Below, piece by piece: positions 25,501-35,950 of a stretch of 64,000 nucleotides of DNA (position 1 is its first letter; each line of letters opens with the position of its first letter). Source of the DNA: Macrostomum lignano. Taxonomy: Eukaryota. The notes under the pieces are model-generated. The model saw only the letters and a program-made list of their open reading frames with translations. It was not told where the DNA came from and ran no database searches. The stretch covers positions 1 to 64,000 of the forward strand of contig NIVC01000548.1 of assembly GCA_002269645.1 (NCBI GenBank). Reading direction: 5' to 3'. The translations under genes were made by a program, and so were the position numbers.

Positions 25501-28500
25501 CAAAAGGCACAGAAGTGAAGCAATAACAGGTGACTTAAGAATGTGTGAAGGAACCACGAGCATACAAAAGTGCCCTAAAATAAGTCGTAGCAGTCTGATC
25601 ACCAACCATTACCAATCCTGATCACCAACTTACGCTAATTCTAGGGGCCAATCACGGTGCTAAACTTTTGTGTCACGTGATTGCGTAAATTAAAGTGTCA
25701 GTTCAGTTATTATTATTGAAACTGTCACCATCAAATAGTGCCTGGTGCATGCCGGTGATCTGTGAATGCCGATTAGGGAGCTGTTTATTAAACGATAACT
25801 TTCTATCGTAAACTCACAAAGTCGTATCGGTTAGTTCGCCACAGTCTGGGCAGCTGCTCCACCTGTAGGATCATGTTCTTCAAATTCGCAATAATGATGG
25901 CGGATAGAGCGCACTGAAATGGAGATTTGAATTCAAAATTTGTCATAATTTTCGGAATTTAATGCACCATATGAACGTAGGGATAGCTGGCTACTTCAGT
26001 TATTTCACCTTGGGCACGGGCGAGAACTCCGGAGCGAACACCAGAATGCCAATCAAGGTGATGCTAATCGCGTACAAAGAGTAGACCTGAGTTTTGCCTT
26101 TCAGCGACTCGTGCAGGGAGGTGCAGGCAATTGATGAGGCGGATACAAAAGTGTTAAACCAGCACATTCCGAAGTTTACAGCGCCGTAAGCGATCATCTC
26201 CTGGTTGGGATCGATTTCGTAGCCGTTGCGAAGGGCGAAAGTTTTCGCTAAGGAGATCGATATTGAGTAGGAGATGATGCCCATGACAATGCCGTTGACT
26301 ATGATGCCTGAACCCGTGGTAAAGTGCTCCTGCAGCGGCGTTTTAGGGGACTCGAATCTGCGGGACAGAGATATCGAAGTGCGCACCTAGTGTTGGATAA
26401 ATGTAGCGAGTGACTGACCTAGGAGAGGTATAGAGAGGGGAGATGATGAGTTTGATTATTAACTTAACCCTCTATTACTATTATTGCCTGGCACAAAAAA
26501 TCCAAATGAATATGTTTCTGTCTATGGCCGGACCCAAGTAGGAAATAAATATTGATTGGCAGGAGAGATTCTAAAGATCAGAGGAAATGACCTACTGCAT
26601 GTACACTTTCTCTAGTGCAGATTGTCTATGGTCAATCTTCATTTCCGTCAGTGCAAAATCAAATAAATTTAATCTATAAAATACTAAACTGTAAATAATA
26701 TAGTATCCGTGCAAGGTGCTGCTCTCATCAGACAAAAAACTCGTGTGGTAATTCAATGATTTCTTGTCTCTCGGTCAGAATTATTCACGTGCTATCCATC
26801 GCCTAACCAGTCTTTATTCGGTATCTTTTCAAATTTGGATGTCCCGATTCGTTAATTTAGTTTGCGAAATTATTCTGTAAATACTTTGGAAGACGAGAAA
26901 TTTTTGTTATATTCCTTAATAAGGGTAGAATACGAGCTATCAGTGATTAACTAATAGTAACTTTAGAAGGCTACTCACCCTTTGCGTATTTCGCCAACTG
27001 TTGAAATCTTCAAGGTGGTCTGCCAGAAGAGAAACTTCGACAAGAGTAGACTCAGAATCAGCTTCAATAAGAATTAATGAAGATTGCTAATTTTAAATTT
27101 AGTCTAACCAAATACAAAATCTATTCTATCAAAAAATCGACTTTGATTGAGACTTACCACAATAATATCAATAGGAATTGGCATTCGAATGTGCTTGATG
27201 CAGCGTTCGTTAATAATTTTCACAGCCAACAAAACTAGGAAGGCAATAATGAATATTAGAATGGTCGGAATGTTCACTCTGGAGGCTACAATCTCCTTAA
27301 ATGCCTCGATAAAGTGCTGAAATAGAAACGAGCGTGTTTGTAAGTAAGAATCTGAGCGATCTTCAGTTGGTCTTTAATCTGCAGTTTCCCTTTAAACAAG
27401 TATACCTTTTCAACTTCGGATTCGTCAAAAGCGAGTTCAAATTCGTTAGCGTATGCAAAACTACCGACTTCGAAGGTATATAGAGCTCAAGGGGAAGAGA
27501 ATGAGTGTCTATGGTAATTTTTTAGACAAAGTGACTTCGAAATTCGTCTAAGTAAGTGAAATTCGTCAGTGCAAATACAGCCTGATCAGAAAAAGTTTGC
27601 TTTGTCCATGGTAAGAAAAGAAGATGTCTATGGTAAATTTAAATAAGAAAGTGAGTGAATTTCTTCTGTGGGAAAGTAGCCTAATTTCTTGAAATCTTCA
27701 TTTCATGTTTTGGTTGTTGTCAGAGATGCCCTACATGACAACAAACATCCAATGTAACGCACAAAGTCCCGTCAAGCCGACGACTGATTGCCTGCGTTGT
27801 CACAGCAGGAGCAGCAGGAAAATCTGCAACAAGCTTTACTGCATTTCTTTGAGGGTCACAGTCGGCTTCTCTTCCACATACCTCGTCAACGCCCCGAGCA
27901 TCTCCTCAGAAAACTTGGGTCTCACTGCACCTCCACGCGCGTTAAGATCAATCCTACCCTCATCAACATATCTCCTGATGATGTCACTGGCAGTTGTCCT
28001 CTTGATATCCAGTTCAATTGCGATGAAAACATCGCACGAGTCTAGAGCGATCCACAGACGAAATTGTCATGTAGGGCATCTCCGACAACAATCAAAGCAT
28101 GAAATGAAGATTTCAAGAAACCGGGCTACTTTTCCACAGAAGAAATTCACTCACTTTCTTACTTAAATTTACCATAGACATCTCGTACATACTCGTACTT
28201 TTTTATTTGATATTTACATCAGTCGTGTTATTTGATGGTGCAGATGACAGTGTGAACGAGGGTTAACGCCCTGCTTTTAAGCATCCAAAGCGGTAAATTA
28301 GATTTGGGACATTTGTCCTCACGTGGATAAAGCATGACGTCCTGTGCTCTAACCCACCTGCTGCACAGACGCCAAGAGTTCTCTTGCGAGTTTGCAAAGA
28401 GAGTCCCCGGGTCGATTTGATTTTGTGACGGAATTGCTGCATGCAGCACCAACACTGACCATGCCGCACAGAGCTGAGGTCAGCTCGGATTGCCAGGACT

Positions 28501-31500
28501 TTCAGCACTCTGGCTCTCTCATAATGAACCCTTATTACCCTTCGAAAATTCTTCATTAGCTCCATGCAGTGCTAAAGAGGTTCAGAGTGTGCTTTTCATT
28601 CGTGCAGCTGTTGAGCCGATTCTTAAGCAGCTGTTGGAAGCTGCACCAGTGATCGACTCTTCATCCTGGAACTTATTGAGACTCTTGTCCGGTCGCCTGA
28701 GCCCAATGTCACCCGTCAACGGCGTACATACCTGCTGCATCAGTTACTCATAGCCAAGGCCGCTCATAGATAGCTAAATAAGGACACTATAAACTCGGCT
28801 TTCTTAGAAATGAGCTTTGGGTCAGTAAGGAACGTGTATTCGTTGTATCGCCAGTGCATTTAGGGACTTCTTTAACTTTCTGTAGATAAATAAGCTGTAG
28901 TTTAGATAAGGATCATGATTTCGTCTTTTGAAGCGTATTTCATTGTGCTGATTTTAAATTTAAGCTTCATTTTTTAAGTAGCTTTAACCCAACTAAATGA
29001 AGCTTAAAGCCAACCACTGGAGCATGAAAAGTGAGGGGTTTTAGGGTGGGGATATTCTTCATGGGGATTGCTTTTATAAGCTACATAAACTTCAATCAAA
29101 ACATAAAGACCTGTTCGACCTACCCATGTAAAAATGAAGCTAAAATTTAAAATCGACCGAACTTTTCCATGACAAATTATAGTGTACTGAATACACCAGC
29201 GATACGACAAATATGACGCTCAGAGCAAATTTTAGTTTGGCCAAATTTTTCTTAACATCAATAGTCGAGGACTCATGAAGCGCATTTCGCCAAACAATTC
29301 TTACCAGAAAGAATTTTCCGTTGCCACTAATAGTTGGAATCCGCGCACCAAGGATGTTGCCCAGCTGGCTGCTGACGATGTGCAGCGCTGCGCCGCAAGC
29401 GAAAGCTCCGTTGATCGGGTCGGACAGGTAGATGGAGAGAAAGCCGAACTGCAACAAGCCGAGCAGAAGCTGCAGAGCACCGGCAATCATTGTGATGCTC
29501 AGGGCCACTCTGTCGTTCGCTTCCTCCCTGCTGATGCACGGACCTGCGTGATATTCGATGTTCTTTTGGTTGACAGATGATTTACTAAATAAATAGTCAA
29601 AGCCAACAGTAACCCAAATATATGAAGCTTACTATATGAATTATAACTTTGTAAATAGCTAACTATCCAACTAGCTAACTATCCAACTAGCTAACTATCC
29701 AACTAGCTAACTATCCAACTAGCTAACTATCCAACTAGCTAACTATCCAACTAGCTAACCATCCAACTAGCTAACTATCCAACTAGCTAACTATCCAACT
29801 AGCTAACTATCCAACTAGCTAACTATCCAACTAGCTAACTATCCAACTAGCTAACTATCCAACTAGCTAACTATCCAACTAGCTAACTATCCAACTAGCT
29901 AACTATCCAACTAGCTAACTATCCAACTAGCTAACTATCCAACTAGCTAACCATCCAACTAGCTAACCATCCAACTAGCTTACTATCCAACTAGCTAACT
30001 ATCCAACTAGCTAACTATCCAACTAGCTAACTATCCAACTAGCTAACCATCCAACTAGCTAACTATCCAACTAGCTAACTATCCAACTAGCTAACCATCC
30101 AACTAGCTAACTATCCAACTAGCTAACTATCCAACTAGCTAACTATCCAACTAGCTAACTATCCAACTAGCTAACCATCCAACTAGCTAACTATCCAACT
30201 AGCTAACCATCCAACTAGCTAACCATCCAACTAGCTAACTATCCAACTAGCTAACTATCCAACTAGCTAACCATCCAACTAGCTAACTATCCAACTAGCT
30301 AACCATCCAACTAGCTAACCATCCAACTAGCTAACTATCCAACTAGCTAACTATCCAACCAGCTAACTATCCAACTAGCTAACTATCCAACTAGCTAACT
30401 ATCCAACTAGCTAACTATCCAACTAGCTAACCATCCAACTAGCTAACCATCCAACTAGCTAACTATCCAACTAGCTAACTATCCAACTAGCTAACTATCC
30501 AACTAGCTAACTATCCAACTAGCTAACCATCTAACTAGCTAACTATCCAACTAGCTAACTATCCAACTAGCTAACTATCCAACTAGCTAACTATCCAACT
30601 AGCTAACCATCCAACTAGCTAACTATCCAACCAGCTAACCATCCAACTAGCTAACTATCCAACTAGCTAACTATCCAACTAGCTAACTATCCAACTAGCT
30701 AACTATCCAACTAGCTAACTATCCAACTAGCTAACCATCCAACTAGCTAACTATCCAACTAGCTAACTATCCAACTAGCTAACCATCCAACTAGCTAACT
30801 ATCCAACTAGCTAACCATCCAACTAGCTAACTATCCAACTAGCTAACTATCCAACTAGCTAACTATCCAACTAGCTAACCATCCAACTAGCTAACTATCC
30901 AACTAGCTAACTATCCAACTATCAAACTAACAAACCAGCCAACTGGGTAGCACTAAACTACTACTCACTATCGAAGGCAGTAGTATTGCTCTCTCCGTAG
31001 GCTGTGGTTGCAGTGGTAATCCCAGCCACTGTGGTCAACGCATCTCCGGCCAGCGTGGTGAAGTTGATGTCCATTGTCGTCGAGTTCGGGGCAGCGCACA
31101 GGCCAGCGCCGTTAGGGTACACCTGCTCGATGCCAGCACGGACGGCCTCGCCGACGAGCAGAGACACGGCACCCTGGCTAGCTGCGGGTCAATGAGGAGA
31201 GGATGGAGCGGGTAAGCTGGTGGCAGACTCCACTCTAGCTCTCATAAAATCTGACCTTACCTCTCATAAGATCTCACCCCACATATCGTACAATCTCAGC
31301 CACTTCCCATACTTACTGAAATTAAGGTGTCTCGAGGTGCCCAGAATAAAGTAGATGGTCATGGCGAAGAAGGCCGAATAAAAGCCGGACTGCGGTCGCA
31401 TGTTGGCCAGCAGAGAGAAGGCAATGGCTGCAATGGAGATCAAAGGTTACAGTGCACTTGACTGCTTGCCCGTGCAGGCTAAAAATCGAGAAGCAAGCCA

Positions 31501-32621
31501 ACTGAGATTCGGTGAGGTTTCGAGTGATACTTAGTGAGATTTAAGATTAAAACTCAAAGATATTCAGTGGAGATTCAAGTTGAGATTCAGCGAGGCTTTT
31601 GTAAGATTCAAAACAAGATGTAAGATTTGAGCAGCTCACTCTGAGAAATGATCAACAGACTCAAAAGCAGCTCACCCTGAGAAATGATCAACAGACTCAA
31701 AAGCAGCTCACCCTGAGAAATGATCAACAGACTCAAAAGCAGCTCACCCTGAGAAATGATCAACAGAATCAAAAGCAGCTCACTCTGAGAAATGATCAAC
31801 AGACTCAAAAGCAGCTCACCCTGAGAAATGATCAACAGAATCAAAAGCAGCTCACCCTGAGAAATGATCAACAGAATCAAAAGCAGCTCACCCTGAGAAA
31901 TGATCAACAGAATCAAAAGCAGCTCACCCTGAGAAATGATCAACAGAATCAAAAGCAGCTCACCCTGAGAAATGATCAACAGACTCAAAAGCAGCTCACC
32001 CTGAGAAATGATCAACAGACTCAAAAGCAGCTCACCCTGAGAAATGATCAACAGACTCAAAAGCAGCTCACCCTGAGAAATGATCAACAGACTCAAAAGC
32101 AGCTCACCCTGAGAAATGATCAACAGAATCAAAAGCAGCTCACCCTGAGAAATGATCAACAGAATCAAAAGCAGCTCACCCTGAGGAATGATGAACAATC
32201 CAACGCTGATCCCAGATAGCAGATCGTAGGGCCCATACTCTCTGATGTCGTAGTTCAGCAGCACCTTCAGACACGGGAACACCTTGGCGGCGATGCCCAA
32301 GGCGATGGCCCGTTTGTCCTTGATCTCCTTTCCCGCCTTGCGCTCGTCCATGAGGTTCTGTACGTGCGCCTTCTGCTCTTCTGGCTCCATTTTGTTCTGA
32401 AAAGTCTCCTCGAGCTGCACCTCGGTGAAGGCGGGCCGGGAGGCGATTTTGCCGCCTGCCGTCGCTTCGGCGTCGTTGCGGATGCCCGCATCGTTGAGCT
32501 GCAGACGGAGGTCGGTGGGGATCTTCCGGCTTCGACGACTCACCGAGCCGCCGCCGCCTCCGTTGGAAGAGGGCGGCCCGAGACCATCGCCGCCGTTTGA
32601 TGGTGCAGAGGGACCGGACAT
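22521..32621 (-). CDS. SLC26: SLC26/SulP family anion transporter with STAS domain, paralog B, 14 exons, ~975 aa
   Basis: Exons 32621-32180, 31427-31317, 31181-30969, 29543-29305, 27316-27158, 27061-26979, 26357-26009, 25913-25818, 24955-24779, 24652-24404, 24286-23921, 23843-23740, 23538-23385, 22706-22521. Same intron positions and phases as paralog A; 2928 nt total. Confidence 0.93.
22855..23275. repeat. 18-bp minisatellite (ctctctgaccctccccca) in SLC26-B intron 13
   Basis: Direct inspection. Confidence 0.93.
27622..28183 (-). mobile_element. Internally deleted Tc1/IS630-like element (562 bp) with 120-bp inverted repeats in SLC26-B intron 4
   Basis: 27622-27741 and 28064-28183 are near-perfect inverted repeats. 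The interior on the minus strand encodes a broken HTH-like N-terminus (IELDIKRTTASDIIRRY..RGGAVRPKF..YVEEKPTVTLKEMQ*). Confidence 0.75.
29658..30920. repeat. 16-bp minisatellite (aactatccaactagct, ~79 copies) in SLC26-B intron 3
   Basis: Highly homogeneous; mainly a t/c variant at one position. Confidence 0.97.
31630..32179 (-). repeat. 36-bp repeat, 15 units, each ending in a 5' splice-donor motif, SLC26-B intron 1
   Basis: Sense unit GTGAGCTGCTTTTGA(T/G)TCTGTTGATCATTTCTCAG(G/A). ORF 31608-32621 reads 15 x ELLL(I/S)LLIISQ(G/S). Confidence 0.96.
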
Positions 32622-32726
32622 CGGTGATTAGCAAGTTACCTGGACTATTTGAAGAAAAATATTACGCATTTGAGATGGAAGCTTCATTCACTATGCTGCA
32701 AATTGGGGTCCTTAAATTTTGGCCTG

Positions 32727-33305
32727 GAGTGACAGAATTTGGGCCTGGAGTGACAGAATTAGGGCCTGGAGTGACAGAATTTGGGACTGAAGTGACAGAT
32801 TTTGGGACTGTAGTGACAGAATTTGGGACTGAAGTGACAGAATTTGGGAATGTAGTGACAGAATTTAGGACTGAAGTGACAGAATTTGGCACTGTAGTGA
32901 CAGCATTTAGGACTGAAGTGACAGAATTTGGCACTGTAGTGACAGCATTTAGGACTGAAGTGACAGAATTTAGGACTGAAGTGACAGAATTTGGGACTGT
33001 AGTGACAGAATTTGGGACTGTAGTGACAGAATTTGGGACTGAAGTGACAGAATTTAGGACTGAAGTGACAGAATTTAGGACTGAAGTGACAGAATTTGGG
33101 ACTGAAGTGACAGAATTTGGGTCTGTAGTGACAGAATTTAGGACTGAAGTGACAGAATTTAGGACTGAAGTGACAGCATTTAGGACTGAAGTGACAGAAT
33201 TTGGGACTGTAGTGACAGAATTTGGGTCTGAAGTGACAGAATTTAGGACTGAAGTGACAGCATTTAGGACTGAAGTGACAGAATTTGGGACTGTAGTGAT
33301 AGAAT
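32727..33305. repeat. 21-bp minisatellite (gtgacagaatttgggactgaa) just upstream of the SLC26-B ATG
   Basis: Direct inspection; explains ORF 32597-33307. Confidence 0.95.
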
Positions 33306-35149
33306 AGAACTTACTGCTTAATACCTTTGTCTCTATAGTTCAAAGTATTAAAAAGAGAATTAATATCCGAGAGAAGAAAAGATATTTATTGCTTACAGAC
33401 GATAATTAGCGGCAAACGATCAATATACGACCGGGTGCCTTGAGTGAGTGGAGTTTATGTATAGAAGTTTATAACCGGTTTTGAAGGCGACACCTCTCAC
33501 CCTCCACCGCTCGCTGAGCTTTGACCTGCTCTCGGCATGTTGCTACGAAATTTAAGCAGCTGTACAAATCTGTCCCCGCAGACAATGCAAATGAATGCAA
33601 TTCAAAACTAAATGAACAATGAATATCTGATAGTAAACAACAGCCTGTCACATAGAAATTAAGACTTCTACCAGCTGAGACAGACAGCCCGTTTACGTTT
33701 TACTCTGACCCGACTGGTTTGTCGTTTCATCTCTTTCCTTCTGCTTTTGACTGCTGGGAACTGCAGACTGAATTGCAATTGACCTGCTCTCAACACTATA
33801 TCGACTATTAAGAACTATAGCAGCCTTTCCGTTTAGTATTATATGCAGTAATTACTCGTATACAGTATATAGTTAAAAGCATTGGTTACACTTTTAGAAA
33901 ATTATTGTAAAAACTATTCAGATCGAAACAATTGTTTTGGCTATGGCAAACTTCAACTTCAACTGAGGATCTGGGTGGCTGGCCCGACAAATTGAGGATC
34001 TGGGAGGCTCGTGGTGGCCCCCAACCTTGAGGGCCAACCTTCTCTGTCACAACAAGAAAGTCCGTTAAATCATAAAAAGTACACGAGTTTTACCAAATGT
34101 TTAAACAAAGTGCCTGCTATCATAAAGAGCTTTGTGTCACATTTTACCCCAAAAACTTTTTTTACAAAATAAAACTAAAAATAAAATCTCGCTCACTTTG
34201 CGCGCACAAGGCAAGGCAAGGCAAGTCTAAACAGAGCGAACGCGAGCGTCGACAAACAAGTAGAAGTAGAATGGGCCATTTGACGTATGCGAACTGCAGC
34301 TCAAAGTATAGAATCAAGGCACCCAAGCATTAGCTGTCGGACCATTCTATTCATCTCCGAACCAGTTTTGCAGTCCGAAAAATTCTATAGACAAATGGAG
34401 TTGAACTCTGCCTGTATAACAGAATATTGAAATAGGCATTTTCAGCTAACTGGTTGAACTGCTCACCCCTAATAAAGCAGGTAAGAGTATTAGAGAGCAC
34501 CAACTGCAAAATGACAAAAATAGAAGCCAGTTTTGTCTAAACTTGTTTGTCATTTTTCTTACCCCATCTGTATGAGGCATAACTACAGTCACAATCATGC
34601 ATCTAACTGTGAACTGTGAACTTTGAGTTTAACGCACTTAAAAGTACAATACGTGGTCCACAAGTTCGACTCCGTGTGTGTGTGTGCGTGTGCGTCTGTC
34701 TTCGCCCGTATCCCTTAAACCATGAATCGAATAATAACTCATTGACTTGCTTTCCAGAGCCAACAAGCACTCTGTTGGTCGAATTGGTGGCAAAACGCCA
34801 CAAGCTCAAGTTTTATTCATTTTTATAGTGCAAACTATTCACAGTTTTTATTTTAGGTAATAAAATATCAAAACAATAGTTGTGTAACCATTTTTTCAAA
34901 TAATAAAATAGCTAAAATGCAACACCACTACTAGTTAACTACTTGTAGTAGAGAACAAAGCAAATTTATTGTCTTAATTAATTTGGAAGCTTTATCTTGG
35001 CGACTTGTCAATGGATAAGACAGGTTAGAAAAATTACTAGCATTATTACAAGGAAAACTAGGAAAAAATAATGAGCAGAAACTGTTCAGGATGCTGTTCG
35101 CAAAGACAGAAGACATTAGCCAATAAGGCCAATCTCAAGCTACAACACC

Positions 35150-35845
35150 AAGGACGATATCTCACAGGGTAGATAGAAGAGCGATTCTCACAGGGTAGAT
35201 AAGAGGGCGATTCTCACAGGGTAGATAAAAGGGCGATTCTCACAGGGCAGATAAAAGGGCGATTCTCACAGGGTAGATAAAAGGGCGATTCTCACAGGGT
35301 AGATAAAAGGGCGATTCTCACAGGGTAGATAAAAGGGCGATTCTCACAGGGTAGATAAAAGAGCGATTCTCACAGGGTAGATAAAAGGGCGATTCTCACA
35401 GGATAGATAAAAGGGCGATTCTCACAGGATAGATAAAAGGGCGATTCTCACAGGGTAGATAAAAGGGCGATTCTCACAGGGCAGGTAAAAGGGCGATTCT
35501 CACAGGGTAGATAAAAGGGCGATTCTCACAGGGTAGATAAAAGGGCGATTCTCACAGGGCAGATAAAAGGGCGATTCTCGCAGGGCAGATAAGAGGACGA
35601 TTCTCCAGGGTAGATAAAAGGGCGATTCTCACAGGGTAGATAAAAGGGCGATTCTCACAGGGCAGATAAAAGGGCGATTCTCGCAGGGCAGATAAGAGGA
35701 CGATTCTCACAGGGTAGATAAAAGGGCGATTCTCACAGGATAGATAAAAGGGCGATTTTCACAGGGCAGATAAAAGGGCGATTCTCACAGGGTAGATAAA
35801 AGGGCGATTCTCACAGGGTAGATAAAAGGGCGATTCTTACAGAGA
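35150..35845. repeat. 26-bp minisatellite (aaaagggcgattctcacagggtagat)
   Basis: About 26 units. Confidence 0.96.
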
Positions 35846-35950
35846 AGATAAGTGGTGATTCTCACCCTGCACATAGCACACTCCAAGCCAATTATCAGTA
35901 GATCAGAATGGGTCAGACGTGTTCTATATTTATACATATTTATACGTTTG

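Noticed and set aside
28190-28760. Moderately GC-rich stretch with short ORFs in SLC26-B intron 4
   Set aside because: No recognisable motif or termini; possibly transposon debris, but I cannot support a call.
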